From Thermoplasmatota archaeon (GTDB lineage Archaea; Thermoplasmatota; Penumbrarchaeia; Penumbrarchaeales; Penumbrarchaeaceae), in the NCBI GenBank assembly GCA_029762535.1, contig JARVGK010000007.1, forward strand, positions 39,420-103,419: 64,000 nucleotides of DNA, read 5' to 3'. The first letter of the stretch is position 1. Each line of letters starts with the position of its first letter. The position numbers and the translations under genes are program-made. The notes beneath the pieces were generated by a model. The model was not told the DNA's origin. It did not search any database and saw only the letters and a program-made list of their open reading frames with translations. Of the stretch, positions 27,709 through 35,685 are shown piece by piece.

Positions 27709-30700
27709 ATGGATCTCAAGGTTCCGAATTGGGCTGTTGCGATAGTTCAGGCATTGATATTCGTCATAATCTTCTTCCCCGCCCTCTTCGCATTGGACTC
27801 ATTCTATCTACAATTGCCTTTCTTCATCCTGGAATTGATCATGATCTTCATCGTTCTCACCAAGAAGGATATGAGATTCTTTTACATGTTCTGGCAGTTC
27901 CAGATATATCTCCTCATTCTATTCAAGGTGATATTCGATTACAATACAACGTTCAAGACGATCGATTCTGAACCATTGGCGATCATTGTCATCTCGTTCT
28001 TCATAACATTCCTGGAAGCATTGATCCTTGTGGGATTCATCCTTCGGGAAAAGGGCGTTAAGCCCATACTTGTGACACTGTCCTCAACGACCAGCATCGT
28101 TGTGCTGCTCATTATCATTTTTATTTTCAAGGAAGGTCTCCCGGCTTTTTCGGAGAACGATCCTATCGAGTTCTTGACAGGAAATAGCTGGACGGCAGAT
28201 TATGAACCATCCTTGGAAGATACGATCCTGATCGAGGTCGTTGTTTCGGATTACGATCACGAAATATCGATACCGGATGATAGGCTGTATCTCGCAATAG
28301 ATGAGAACCATACTGTTCCCATCGATCTGAAGAACACCGGATCGAAGGATGATACCTATCTGTTAAGTTTGGAATATCCCTCCGGTCTATCGGTTCAGGA
28401 TCATCAAAGAACTGTTTTTTTAAGATCTGGATCGGATCATACTTTCGATATCGATCTTTCTTCAAATATTTCCATGGACTTGGATCTGAGGATCATTGTG
28501 GGATCCATGAATGGAAGTATATCAAAGGAAAGGACAATAGACCTGGCTTTCGGAGACGTTGGGATCGATGCGGGGCCGGAGTACTTCCATTATCTGAATT
28601 CGGAGATGAATGTCCCTCGCACTCCTTTTTGGGTGAAGAATACCGGGAACGTAGTTGAGACCTATTCCGTGACATTGACCTTCGATGAAGAGATCATCAA
28701 ACCTTTTGTGACCGGGACCGACAATGATTGGGACCACGATAACGATACAGTTGACATCACCCTGGACCCCATGGAAACCGTTTCCTTCAACGTGATAACA
28801 AGGATCCTGAACCTTCGCCCGTTCAGGTCTACAATAACGATCGATGTCGTGTCAAGGACGGATCCCGGCATATATGACAGCATAGTGATCGACTTCGAGT
28901 ATCGGGACAGGAGCTATTTCGATCACGATCAAACTTCTTTCGTCGTATCCAAAGGCTCCGATGTCATCATCCCGGTCTTCGTCAATATCACAAACCCGGC
29001 AAATTCCAATTTCTTCATACTGGTTGAAGATGGGAACGGGCCCCTGGAGACCTTCAGCCTATCGTATGATTCCGTAAATATCGATGAAATCGATGAAAAG
29101 GTTCCGATCAACCTATCATCGGGTATGAAGACCCTTCTATTGACCGTCAGGTCCAATTCGAATATCGGAGGATCGGAGAATATCACCCTTAATATCACAT
29201 TGGAGAGGGAAGGGACCTATCCTTCCTTCGGCATCGGCCCGATGATCGTCGGCACGTTCATCACCGTCCTTGTCGCATTGATCATAGCCGTTCCATTAGG
29301 ACTGGGTACGGCGATCTTTTTGGCGGAATACTGCCCCAAGAAACTGCACATCTTCCTGCGTCCTATGTTCGAACTTTTGGCCGGGATCCCTTCGATAGTT
29401 TACGGCCTCTGGGGATATTTCACATTGGTACCCTTCTTCAGGGACAACATATACGGCCCGGTGAGTGGATCTTTGGGATTGGCGATCCCCTTCCTAAGGA
29501 TCACACCGGAGACCCCCAGTTCCGAGGGGACCGTGATCGTTGCCGGTTTCGTCCTATCAATTATGATACTTCCGATCATCATAACCCTTTCCGAAGATTC
29601 TATACGAGCCGTTGCCAGGAGCCTGAAGGAGGGATCGCTCTCATTGGCCACGACTAAATGGCAGACGATAAGAGGCGTGGTCCTGAAAAGAGCGAAAAGC
29701 GGGATCATATCCTCTATCATTTTGGCCATGGGAAGGGCCATAGGCGAGACCATGGCTGTTATAATGATACTCAGGATAGCGACGAATTATCCGAGTTCGC
29801 TCTTCGAACGGGCAGGGTCAATGACCGCGGTCATCGCCGGGACCTTCGGATGGGCATTCGATCTCGATCTTTCAAGACATGCCGTCTTTGGGGTTGCGAT
29901 CGTGCTGTTCATGATCGTCTTCGTTCTTAACCTGATAGTCTTCAGGATACAGAACGGTGAGAAGAAGGGAAGTATCGCTTTCCGGTGGGTAAATCGTATC
30001 GTCGAGAAGGCCATCAATTATTGTTTCAGGAAAAAAGAAGACATGAGGACCCTTCCGACCAAGGGACCGGTGTTCGATAAAAAGAATATGACATCACTTG
30101 GCTTTTTACGGTTCCAGGAATACCTGTTCAGGTCATTGTTCGCGCTATCGGCAATAGTGATCTTCATATTCCTCCTGCTTGTCCTAAGCAATGTTTTCAT
30201 TACGGGAATATCATCGATGAAATTATACTATCTTTTCGAAAAGGAAGTCGCGGGAGGATTGGAGGACGGTGGATTCCTCAATGCCATTCTCGGTTCCCTT
30301 CAGCTGACGTTCTTGGCATTATTGATCTCCTCCATATTCTCGTTGGGAGCGGCCATATACATTACACAGTTCAGCAAACAGAACAATATCCTAACGAGGA
30401 CCATACTCTTCTCTTCCGATACCCTTGCTGCGACGCCTTCGATCGTATTCGGGGCATTTGGGTTCATTTTCTTCTCCATCGAGCTCAAACTAGGCCTGTC
30501 GATGTTGTCGGCAGCGCTTACTCTGTCAATAATGGTGATCCCCCTCCTTTTAAGAAGTTCGATAGAAGCTCTCAACAGCATACCCAGAGAGCTTGGGGAT
30601 GGTTCCCTGGCATTGGGAGCGAGTAAATGGCAGACGGTGTGGAACGTGATATTGCCGCCGGCATTGGGGGGAATATCAAGTGGCGTTATCCTTTCCATCG

Positions 30701-30954
30701 GCAGGGCCATCGGAGAGACGGCGGCCATCCTTTTCACGGCAGGTTATGCCCTGACCATAAACAACTCCATAATGTCATCGGTTGCGACCATGCCGAATAT
30801 GATCTACAATTACTATGGTCTCAGCTCCCACAATCCCGCCCTTCAGGATAAATTATATTCATGTGCCCTTGTCTTGATCGTCCTGGTATTGATCCTGAAC
30901 TCCATCGCCCGTTTATCACAGATAAGAACGAACAAATTGAAGGGGAATTATTAG
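27709..30954 (+). CDS. pstCA2: PstC-PstA fusion permease with N-terminal TM extension and a large extracellular loop insertion
   Basis: 1081 aa. PstC core: FGIGPMIVGT..LAGIPSIVYG..GRAIGETMAV. PstA core: LAATPSIVFG..GRAIGETAAI. About 340 non-membrane residues lie between TGNSW (aa 157-161) and YPSFGIGP (aa 504-511). Confidence 0.85.
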   Translation: MDLKVPNWAVAIVQALIFVIIFFPALFALDSFYLQLPFFILELIMIFIVLTKKDMRFFYMFWQFQIYLLILFKVIFDYNTTFKTIDSEPLAIIVISFFITFLEALILVGFILREKGVKPILVTLSSTTSIVVLLIIIFIFKEGLPAFSENDPIEFLTGNSWTADYEPSLEDTILIEVVVSDYDHEISIPDDRLYLAIDENHTVPIDLKNTGSKDDTYLLSLEYPSGLSVQDHQRTVFLRSGSDHTFDIDLSSNISMDLDLRIIVGSMNGSISKERTIDLAFGDVGIDAGPEYFHYLNSEMNVPRTPFWVKNTGNVVETYSVTLTFDEEIIKPFVTGTDNDWDHDNDTVDITLDPMETVSFNVITRILNLRPFRSTITIDVVSRTDPGIYDSIVIDFEYRDRSYFDHDQTSFVVSKGSDVIIPVFVNITNPANSNFFILVEDGNGPLETFSLSYDSVNIDEIDEKVPINLSSGMKTLLLTVRSNSNIGGSENITLNITLEREGTYPSFGIGPMIVGTFITVLVALIIAVPLGLGTAIFLAEYCPKKLHIFLRPMFELLAGIPSIVYGLWGYFTLVPFFRDNIYGPVSGSLGLAIPFLRITPETPSSEGTVIVAGFVLSIMILPIIITLSEDSIRAVARSLKEGSLSLATTKWQTIRGVVLKRAKSGIISSIILAMGRAIGETMAVIMILRIATNYPSSLFERAGSMTAVIAGTFGWAFDLDLSRHAVFGVAIVLFMIVFVLNLIVFRIQNGEKKGSIAFRWVNRIVEKAINYCFRKKEDMRTLPTKGPVFDKKNMTSLGFLRFQEYLFRSLFALSAIVIFIFLLLVLSNVFITGISSMKLYYLFEKEVAGGLEDGGFLNAILGSLQLTFLALLISSIFSLGAAIYITQFSKQNNILTRTILFSSDTLAATPSIVFGAFGFIFFSIELKLGLSMLSAALTLSIMVIPLLLRSSIEALNSIPRELGDGSLALGASKWQTVWNVILPPALGGISSGVILSIGRAIGETAAILFTAGYALTINNSIMSSVATMPNMIYNYYGLSSHNPALQDKLYSCALVLIVLVLILNSIARLSQIRTNKLKGNY

Positions 30955-30955
30955 T

Positions 30956-31103
30956 TCACTGCTTCGGATAGTCGAAGATCTCGGGCGCGTCCTCGGCTAT
31001 CACGTGCACTCTGGGCTTGACCTTCATGCTCATCTCGATCAATCTCTTCGTGGAGAGGACCAACGCCACGAAGATCACCGCAAAGGAGATCCCCGCTATG
31101 ATC
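30956..31103 (-). pseudogene. orphan 3' fragment (about 48 codons plus stop) of a PPC-domain surface protein gene; left copy of a direct repeat
   Basis: About 92% identical by eye to 33661..33808. Translates to IIAGISFAVIFVALVLSTKRLIEMSMKVKPRVHVIAEDAPEIFDYPKQ*, one aa different from the intact gene. No upstream coding continuation. Confidence 0.7.
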
Positions 31104-31139
31104 GATGACGTTGGGAGAACAGTGATTATATCGCTTTCA

Positions 31140-31370
31140 TTACATAGGGACCTGTACCTCGGTCAGGATCTCCGATCCCGATGTCTTGCCGGGATCGTTG
31201 CGAAAGGGCTCCCTTGCCTTCCATGCGGGAGGGATGCCCTTCTGCTCGAGATATTTGAACAGCATTCACCACGCCGCTCCTACCTGATCGTAGGGGCCTT
31301 TGTGGATGGCGGACATCACTTTTTTTGCGGATATCCATTTCACATTCAGTTCCTTTTGCAGGGTCCACAT
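31140..31370 (-). pseudogene. GyrI-like/effector-binding-domain relic with an in-frame TGA
   Basis: Minus-strand translation is MWTLQKELNVKWISAKKVMSAIHKGPYDQVGAAW*MLFKYLEQKGIPPAWKAREPFRNDPGKTSGSEILTEVQVPM*. HKGPY..G.A...L..YL...G and E...P resemble the GyrI-like fold. It is only about half the domain length. Confidence 0.4.
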
Positions 31371-31557
31371 GATTGCAATCTCGGTCGGACCACCATTCAA
31401 ACCTAGGTTGCGATCCTTTAACGGACCCTGGAATGAAAGGCCTATTTAGTATGTGATAGGATAACAGATAGTATTATATACAGAGCAGTTTTATACGTCT
31501 TTCTTGTGAAGTACCCGTAAAAAAGAGACTTAAAACTTAAAAAAGAGGCGGTCTAAA

Positions 31558-32784
31558 ATGTTGATAGAGTTCAAGCTCAGGAACTTCAGGTCCATCAGGG
31601 ACGAGATGACCTTCAGCCTGCTGGCATCGAGCGACAGGACGCATTCCCAGAACTTAATCGTTCACGATGCATTGAAAAAGGACCTTCTGCTTAAGAGCGC
31701 CGTGATCTACGGCGCCAACGCTTCGGGTAAGACCAACGTTCTTCTGGGTTTGAACACCCTAAGAGGACTTGTCGTCCATTCTCACAGCAACCAGATAGGT
31801 CAGGAGCTTCCTTACGAGCCGTTCAGATTGGACGAAAGGGCCGGGTCCGACGATACCTCCTTCCGGATCGCATACATTCATAAGGACATCAAGTACATCT
31901 ACGAGCTCTCCTACAACAGGGAAAAGGTTGTTGATGAGGTTCTCTACAGCTATCCGCAGGGAAGAAGGTCGTTGCTCTTTTCAAGGACCGGAACGGATAA
32001 TTACAGGTTCACCAAAGATGAAAAGGAGCAGACCCTGATCAAAGAAAGGACACCCCCGAACGTCCTCTACCTTTCAAGGGCCGCACAGTTCAACTACCAA
32101 CCTGCAATAGATGCGTTCGAATGGTTCAAGGAAAAGCTGAAATTTATAGGACCTTCCGACCATATCAATCTGATGAAGTTCACAAGCAAAATGCTGGAGG
32201 ACCCCAAGAGCAAGGACATGATCCTTCAGGGGCTCAGGACCGCGGACCTCGGGATAGACGATGTCATCCTCAACAATGTCACTATCAGGGCCGAGGAGCT
32301 GCCCGGGGACCTCCCTTCGGAGCTAAAGGATAGGTTGGTAGGCTCCGAACGTACTAGGATATTGACATATCATAAGGGTGTTCCGTTTGACCTTTCAGAT
32401 GATGAGTCCGAAGGCACCAAGAGAATGTTCCATCTGATCGGACCCGTAATAAAAGCTCTCAACGATTCACAGGTCCTCCTGATAGACGAGCTCGATACAA
32501 AGCTCCATCACCTTATGAACATCTTTTTGATAGAGCTGTTCCAGAATACCGACAACCCTTCATCCCAGCTCGTGTTCACAACACACAACACAACCCTTCT
32601 CGAATCCGAACTCTTCAGAAGGGACCAGATATGGTTCACCGAAAGACGGCCTGATGACGATTCGACCGACCTCTACTCTCTCCTTGAGTTCCACCCCAGA
32701 AACGATGCGAACATAAAGATAGGATACCTGTCGGGAAGGTACGGTGCCATACCTCTCATCAAGAGCGAAAGGTTGTGCCCATGA
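31558..32784 (+). CDS. AAA_15/AAA_21-type ABC-like ATPase (AbiLi-like partner of RloB)
   Basis: N-terminus F.L.NFRSI, Walker A GANASGKTN, Walker B LLIDELDTKLH and FTTHN. Overlaps the RloB gene by 10 nt. Confidence 0.85.
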   Translation: MLIEFKLRNFRSIRDEMTFSLLASSDRTHSQNLIVHDALKKDLLLKSAVIYGANASGKTNVLLGLNTLRGLVVHSHSNQIGQELPYEPFRLDERAGSDDTSFRIAYIHKDIKYIYELSYNREKVVDEVLYSYPQGRRSLLFSRTGTDNYRFTKDEKEQTLIKERTPPNVLYLSRAAQFNYQPAIDAFEWFKEKLKFIGPSDHINLMKFTSKMLEDPKSKDMILQGLRTADLGIDDVILNNVTIRAEELPGDLPSELKDRLVGSERTRILTYHKGVPFDLSDDESEGTKRMFHLIGPVIKALNDSQVLLIDELDTKLHHLMNIFLIELFQNTDNPSSQLVFTTHNTTLLESELFRRDQIWFTERRPDDDSTDLYSLLEFHPRNDANIKIGYLSGRYGAIPLIKSERLCP

Positions 32785-33404
32785 CCGAAAGAGGCTATTC
32801 CAGGAGAAGGGACCGAACGCGGCGTTCCTTTAACACGGTCCTCGTTGTCTGTGAAGGGCTCAAGACGGAAAGGATATATCTGAAAGGATTGAACGAAAGG
32901 TACGGTCGTGTTCATATCCTACCTGTTCATTCCGGTTCGACCGATGTCAGGTCCATGGTAAGATTTGCTGTGGGAAAGAGAAGGGAATACCAGTTCCGGG
33001 AAGGGGACGGGAACGAGACCTGGTGCGTCTTCGACGTGGATGAGAAGGACGATGATGAGCTCCTTCAATGGATCCCATATGCAGAAAGGAACGGTGTGAT
33101 GGTGGCTCTCTCCAATCCTTCTTTTGAGCTCTGGTACCTCCTTCATTTCGATTACAGGCCCGGTCCGACCGACAGGTACAAGGTCCTGGAGGACCTGAAA
33201 AGGTCCATACCTGATTACGAGAAGAGCGGTTGTTACAATCATATCCTTTACCCCCTGACCATGAATGCAATAGATAATTCCAAACGATTGAACAAAGAAC
33301 ATTCAAGGATAGGAGTTGACCTTAACTCCAAAAAGGCCAACCCATCGACCCAGGTCTTCAAGCTTATCGAAGCGGTCAAACTTTTAAAAGAAAGGAATGG
33401 ATAA
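32775..33404 (+). CDS. RloB-like (Toprim-related) protein, AbiLii-like
   Basis: RloB family hallmarks VLVVCEGLKTERIY, WCVFDVDE and SNPSFELWYLLHF. Confidence 0.85.
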   Translation: MPMTERGYSRRRDRTRRSFNTVLVVCEGLKTERIYLKGLNERYGRVHILPVHSGSTDVRSMVRFAVGKRREYQFREGDGNETWCVFDVDEKDDDELLQWIPYAERNGVMVALSNPSFELWYLLHFDYRPGPTDRYKVLEDLKRSIPDYEKSGCYNHILYPLTMNAIDNSKRLNKEHSRIGVDLNSKKANPSTQVFKLIEAVKLLKERNG

Positions 33405-33499
33405 AAGCGATCGATCATCTCATCATAGTTGTATTACCTTAATAAAAACTCATAAGGCATTCCAGGCTTTTGATGCTGTGTGAAGGATTTATCCTGTGA

Positions 33500-33676
33500 A
33501 TGGCTTTATGGAGAGGACGTATTGACCCCGTCCAGTTCCCCGAGGTGAACGACAAGGTATATTCGCCGGCGTTCATACTCATAGTCATCGTTCTGATATT
33601 GAACTCCCTGGCCAGATCGATAGCTGAGGTCATCGAGGATGCAGGGAGAATAGAGAACGATCACTGCTTCGGATAG
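33500..33676 (+). pseudogene. relic of a PstA C-terminus (58 codons)
   Basis: Translation contains ..VQFPEVNDKVYSPAFILIVIVLILNSLARS.., which parallels the PstCA2 C-terminus ..NPALQDKLYSCALVLIVLVLILNSIARL... It abuts the 3' end of the PPC-protein gene exactly as the intact pstCA2 abuts the fragment at 30956. Confidence 0.5.
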
Positions 33677-33808
33677 TCGAAGATCTCCGGCGCGTCCTCG
33701 GCTATCACGTGCACTCTGGGCTTGACCTTCATGCTCATCTCGATGAGCCTCTTCGTGGAGAGGACCAAAGCAACGAAGATAACCGCGAAGGCGATCCCCG
33801 CTATGATG
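33661..33808. repeat. right copy of the roughly 148-bp direct repeat (left copy 30956..31103)
   Basis: By-eye alignment gives about 11 mismatches in 148 nt. Similarity ends abruptly after CCCCGCTATGAT. Confidence 0.85.
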
Positions 33809-34290
33809 AACGGGATCGTCCTCGCGTTGAAGAGGGTCTCGGAATCGATCCGGATCACCTTAACAACGACGTTGAGCCTGTACTCTCCCTTCCCGGAGAT
33901 GAGAATGAATATCCTAGCATCCTCCGATCCCTCGTTGATGACATCAACGAATAGCTGCTCGCCCTTGTCGATGGTCTGACGGAACGTCCCGTTGATGGGG
34001 TCCCTGTTCTCATCATACACCATGAACTTTATGAAGCCGGAGCTCTGCTGGAATATGCTTATGTTGACCTTCCTGTTCGCCGGGATCGAGTAGCTGAAAT
34101 AATCGATATCCTCCACATCGCCTAAATTGACATAACCCCTGACGTAGTCGTTGCCGATCATCCTGTTCGCCCTGTCGAAGGAGTCGTTGGGCTCCCTCTC
34201 GTTGAAATCGGATCCCGAACAGATCCCCGAAAATAACACCGTCGATAAGATGAACACACTCAGAATGCGGAGGAAACGCAAGGAGATCAT
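33661..34290 (-). CDS. secreted PPC (pre-peptidase C-terminal)-domain protein with C-terminal TM anchor
   Basis: Signal-like N-terminus, the EPNDSFDRAN motif typical of PPC domains, and a C-terminal TM. Confidence 0.75.
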   Translation of the reverse strand: MISLRFLRILSVFILSTVLFSGICSGSDFNEREPNDSFDRANRMIGNDYVRGYVNLGDVEDIDYFSYSIPANRKVNISIFQQSSGFIKFMVYDENRDPINGTFRQTIDKGEQLFVDVINEGSEDARIFILISGKGEYRLNVVVKVIRIDSETLFNARTIPFIIAGIAFAVIFVALVLSTKRLIEMSMKVKPRVHVIAEDAPEIFDYPKQ

Positions 34291-34773
34291 TGGGCTCTGC
34301 TCCCGGCCATCATCATCAACAAGATAGATGAGAGTTTTGAACTTACTCTATGGATATTATATAAAATACATATTTACCCGGGGCGGGAACCTTTCTCATT
34401 CATCACATGAGGCCTTCCCATTTTTCCTTGCACCTGTTGCGATACATCGGAGAATTATTAATCCGTTTCCTAAATAGAAAACGTCCCCAATATAGAGGAT
34501 ATAAATCGATCGGAATTCTCCCTCTCTATATCGCACTCATTACATCTACATAAAGAAAACACTATCGGTTCATCGACTTTATATCCGGCATGGCGTTTTC
34601 CCTTTTGTCTGCCCAAAGGGGCAGTCACCATCCGGAGTGTCACGGAAGCGATCCCTGAAAAGGGGATCCCGCCATCAGGGAACGAAAGGTTTTCTCATTA
34701 AACCCCCCCAGTAGAAAGATCCGATGGGTAATCCAAACTGAAGGGACTTACCACCAGCGGGATCCCCACTCCA

Positions 34774-34801
34774 TCTATGTAGAGAACATATTCTACATAG
34801 A
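34774..34801. promoter_or_regulatory. 9-bp inverted repeat TCTATGTAG-N10-CTACATAGA
   Basis: Perfect palindrome arms 41 nt upstream of ORF 34842..35213. Candidate operator. Confidence 0.35.
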
Positions 34802-34841
34802 CAGTCCTTCTATCCATCTACAGCGATGCCGGTGGCCGTCC

Positions 34842-35213
34842 ATGCAGGAGAACGAGCAGCGAAGGAGCGAACTCATATCGAAGCTCTACGAGCGGGTCTG
34901 CCGATCCATTCTGGAGAGGCGCAGGCTGAGGATCATCATGAGGGATCCCCTTAAAAAGAGCATAGAGCTCATTGTGGAGCCCCATTACTCGAACATCGAC
35001 TGGGAGGGGGACCTGTTCATGATCGCAAAAAGGGTCCGCGGCCCCGCCCCTTATGCCGAGAGAAGGGGTTGGAATATAATATTCCTCAAGGAGATAAGCA
35101 GATACACCCTGCTCAAAGACGCGTTCGAACCCGACATCAAAATCCACGATTACATCGAGGAGTTCGCCCATACCGTCATTCGCCCGAGCGAATATGAGCT
35201 ATACATCGTCTAG
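34842..35213 (+). CDS. hypothetical cytoplasmic protein
   Basis: 123-aa ORF with coding-like composition. Weak by-eye resemblance to WYL/Sm-like sensor folds (WEGDLFMIA....GWNIIFLKEISRYTLL), not verifiable here. Confidence 0.5.
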   Translation: MQENEQRRSELISKLYERVCRSILERRRLRIIMRDPLKKSIELIVEPHYSNIDWEGDLFMIAKRVRGPAPYAERRGWNIIFLKEISRYTLLKDAFEPDIKIHDYIEEFAHTVIRPSEYELYIV

Positions 35214-35425
35214 CTCGGAGCCTTCACGGAGGAGTGGAAGCCCTTGAGGCCCAGAGCGAGAAGCACTGTGCCGAGAACGAACAGCGTCATCCAGTCGAAG
35301 AACAGATCGAACATCACGGGAACGTAGTAGGATCCCGGATGGAAGATGCCCTGATACAGCATCCTCGATCCCTGCCCCATCATCGCGATCCCGCATATCA
35401 CGATCAATATCATCCTTGCCTTCAT
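35210..35425 (-). CDS. small two-TM membrane protein (hypothetical)
   Basis: 71 aa with two hydrophobic helices. Convergent with the preceding ORF and overlaps it by 4 nt. Confidence 0.4.
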   Translation of the reverse strand: MKARMILIVICGIAMMGQGSRMLYQGIFHPGSYYVPVMFDLFFDWMTLFVLGTVLLALGLKGFHSSVKAPS

Positions 35426-35685
35426 GAACGATCATCGATATGCCGTATATATATCAGGTATTGGAATATTATCAATGATGAAAAACGCATTTGCATGCAA
35501 AAACTATATGTATCAAGATAACCAATATATACCCAATTCGGGTCACGGGGATCAAGCTTCCCTTTCACCTACTGGAACATCTTTCCCGTGACCCGAAAAC
35601 CTTTTCCGAAGATGCATCCCTGCATCAGGGATGCCGTATATAACCCGAACCACAATAGATTACGGACCCTTTATAGACTATATCG

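Noticed and set aside
31266-31268. The in-frame TGA in the GyrI-like relic could be a selenocysteine or other recoding site.
   Set aside because: The flanking ORF is truncated and lacks a credible start. The position is not a redox-type Cys/Sec site. No SECIS-like element was evident, so a pseudogene is the simpler reading.
31017-31406. 129-aa plus-strand ORF beginning MTFMLISINLFVERT. It resembles ORF 33722..33979 (MTFMLISMSLFVERT) and could pass for a duplicated gene family.
   Set aside because: Both are antisense reading frames across the 148-bp direct repeat. The biologically meaningful frame is on the minus strand (C-terminus of the PPC-domain protein).
33439-33633. 64-aa minus-strand ORF in the gap after the RloB gene.
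   Set aside because: The opposite (plus) strand in this interval reads as a recognisable PstA C-terminal relic, and the minus-strand translation has no features.
30955-34300. The island could be a discrete mobile element (IS, transposon or integrated plasmid/virus).
   Set aside because: No transposase, integrase or terminal inverted repeats are visible. The flanking direct repeat is a duplicated gene junction, not a target-site duplication. Homologous recombination is a better fit.
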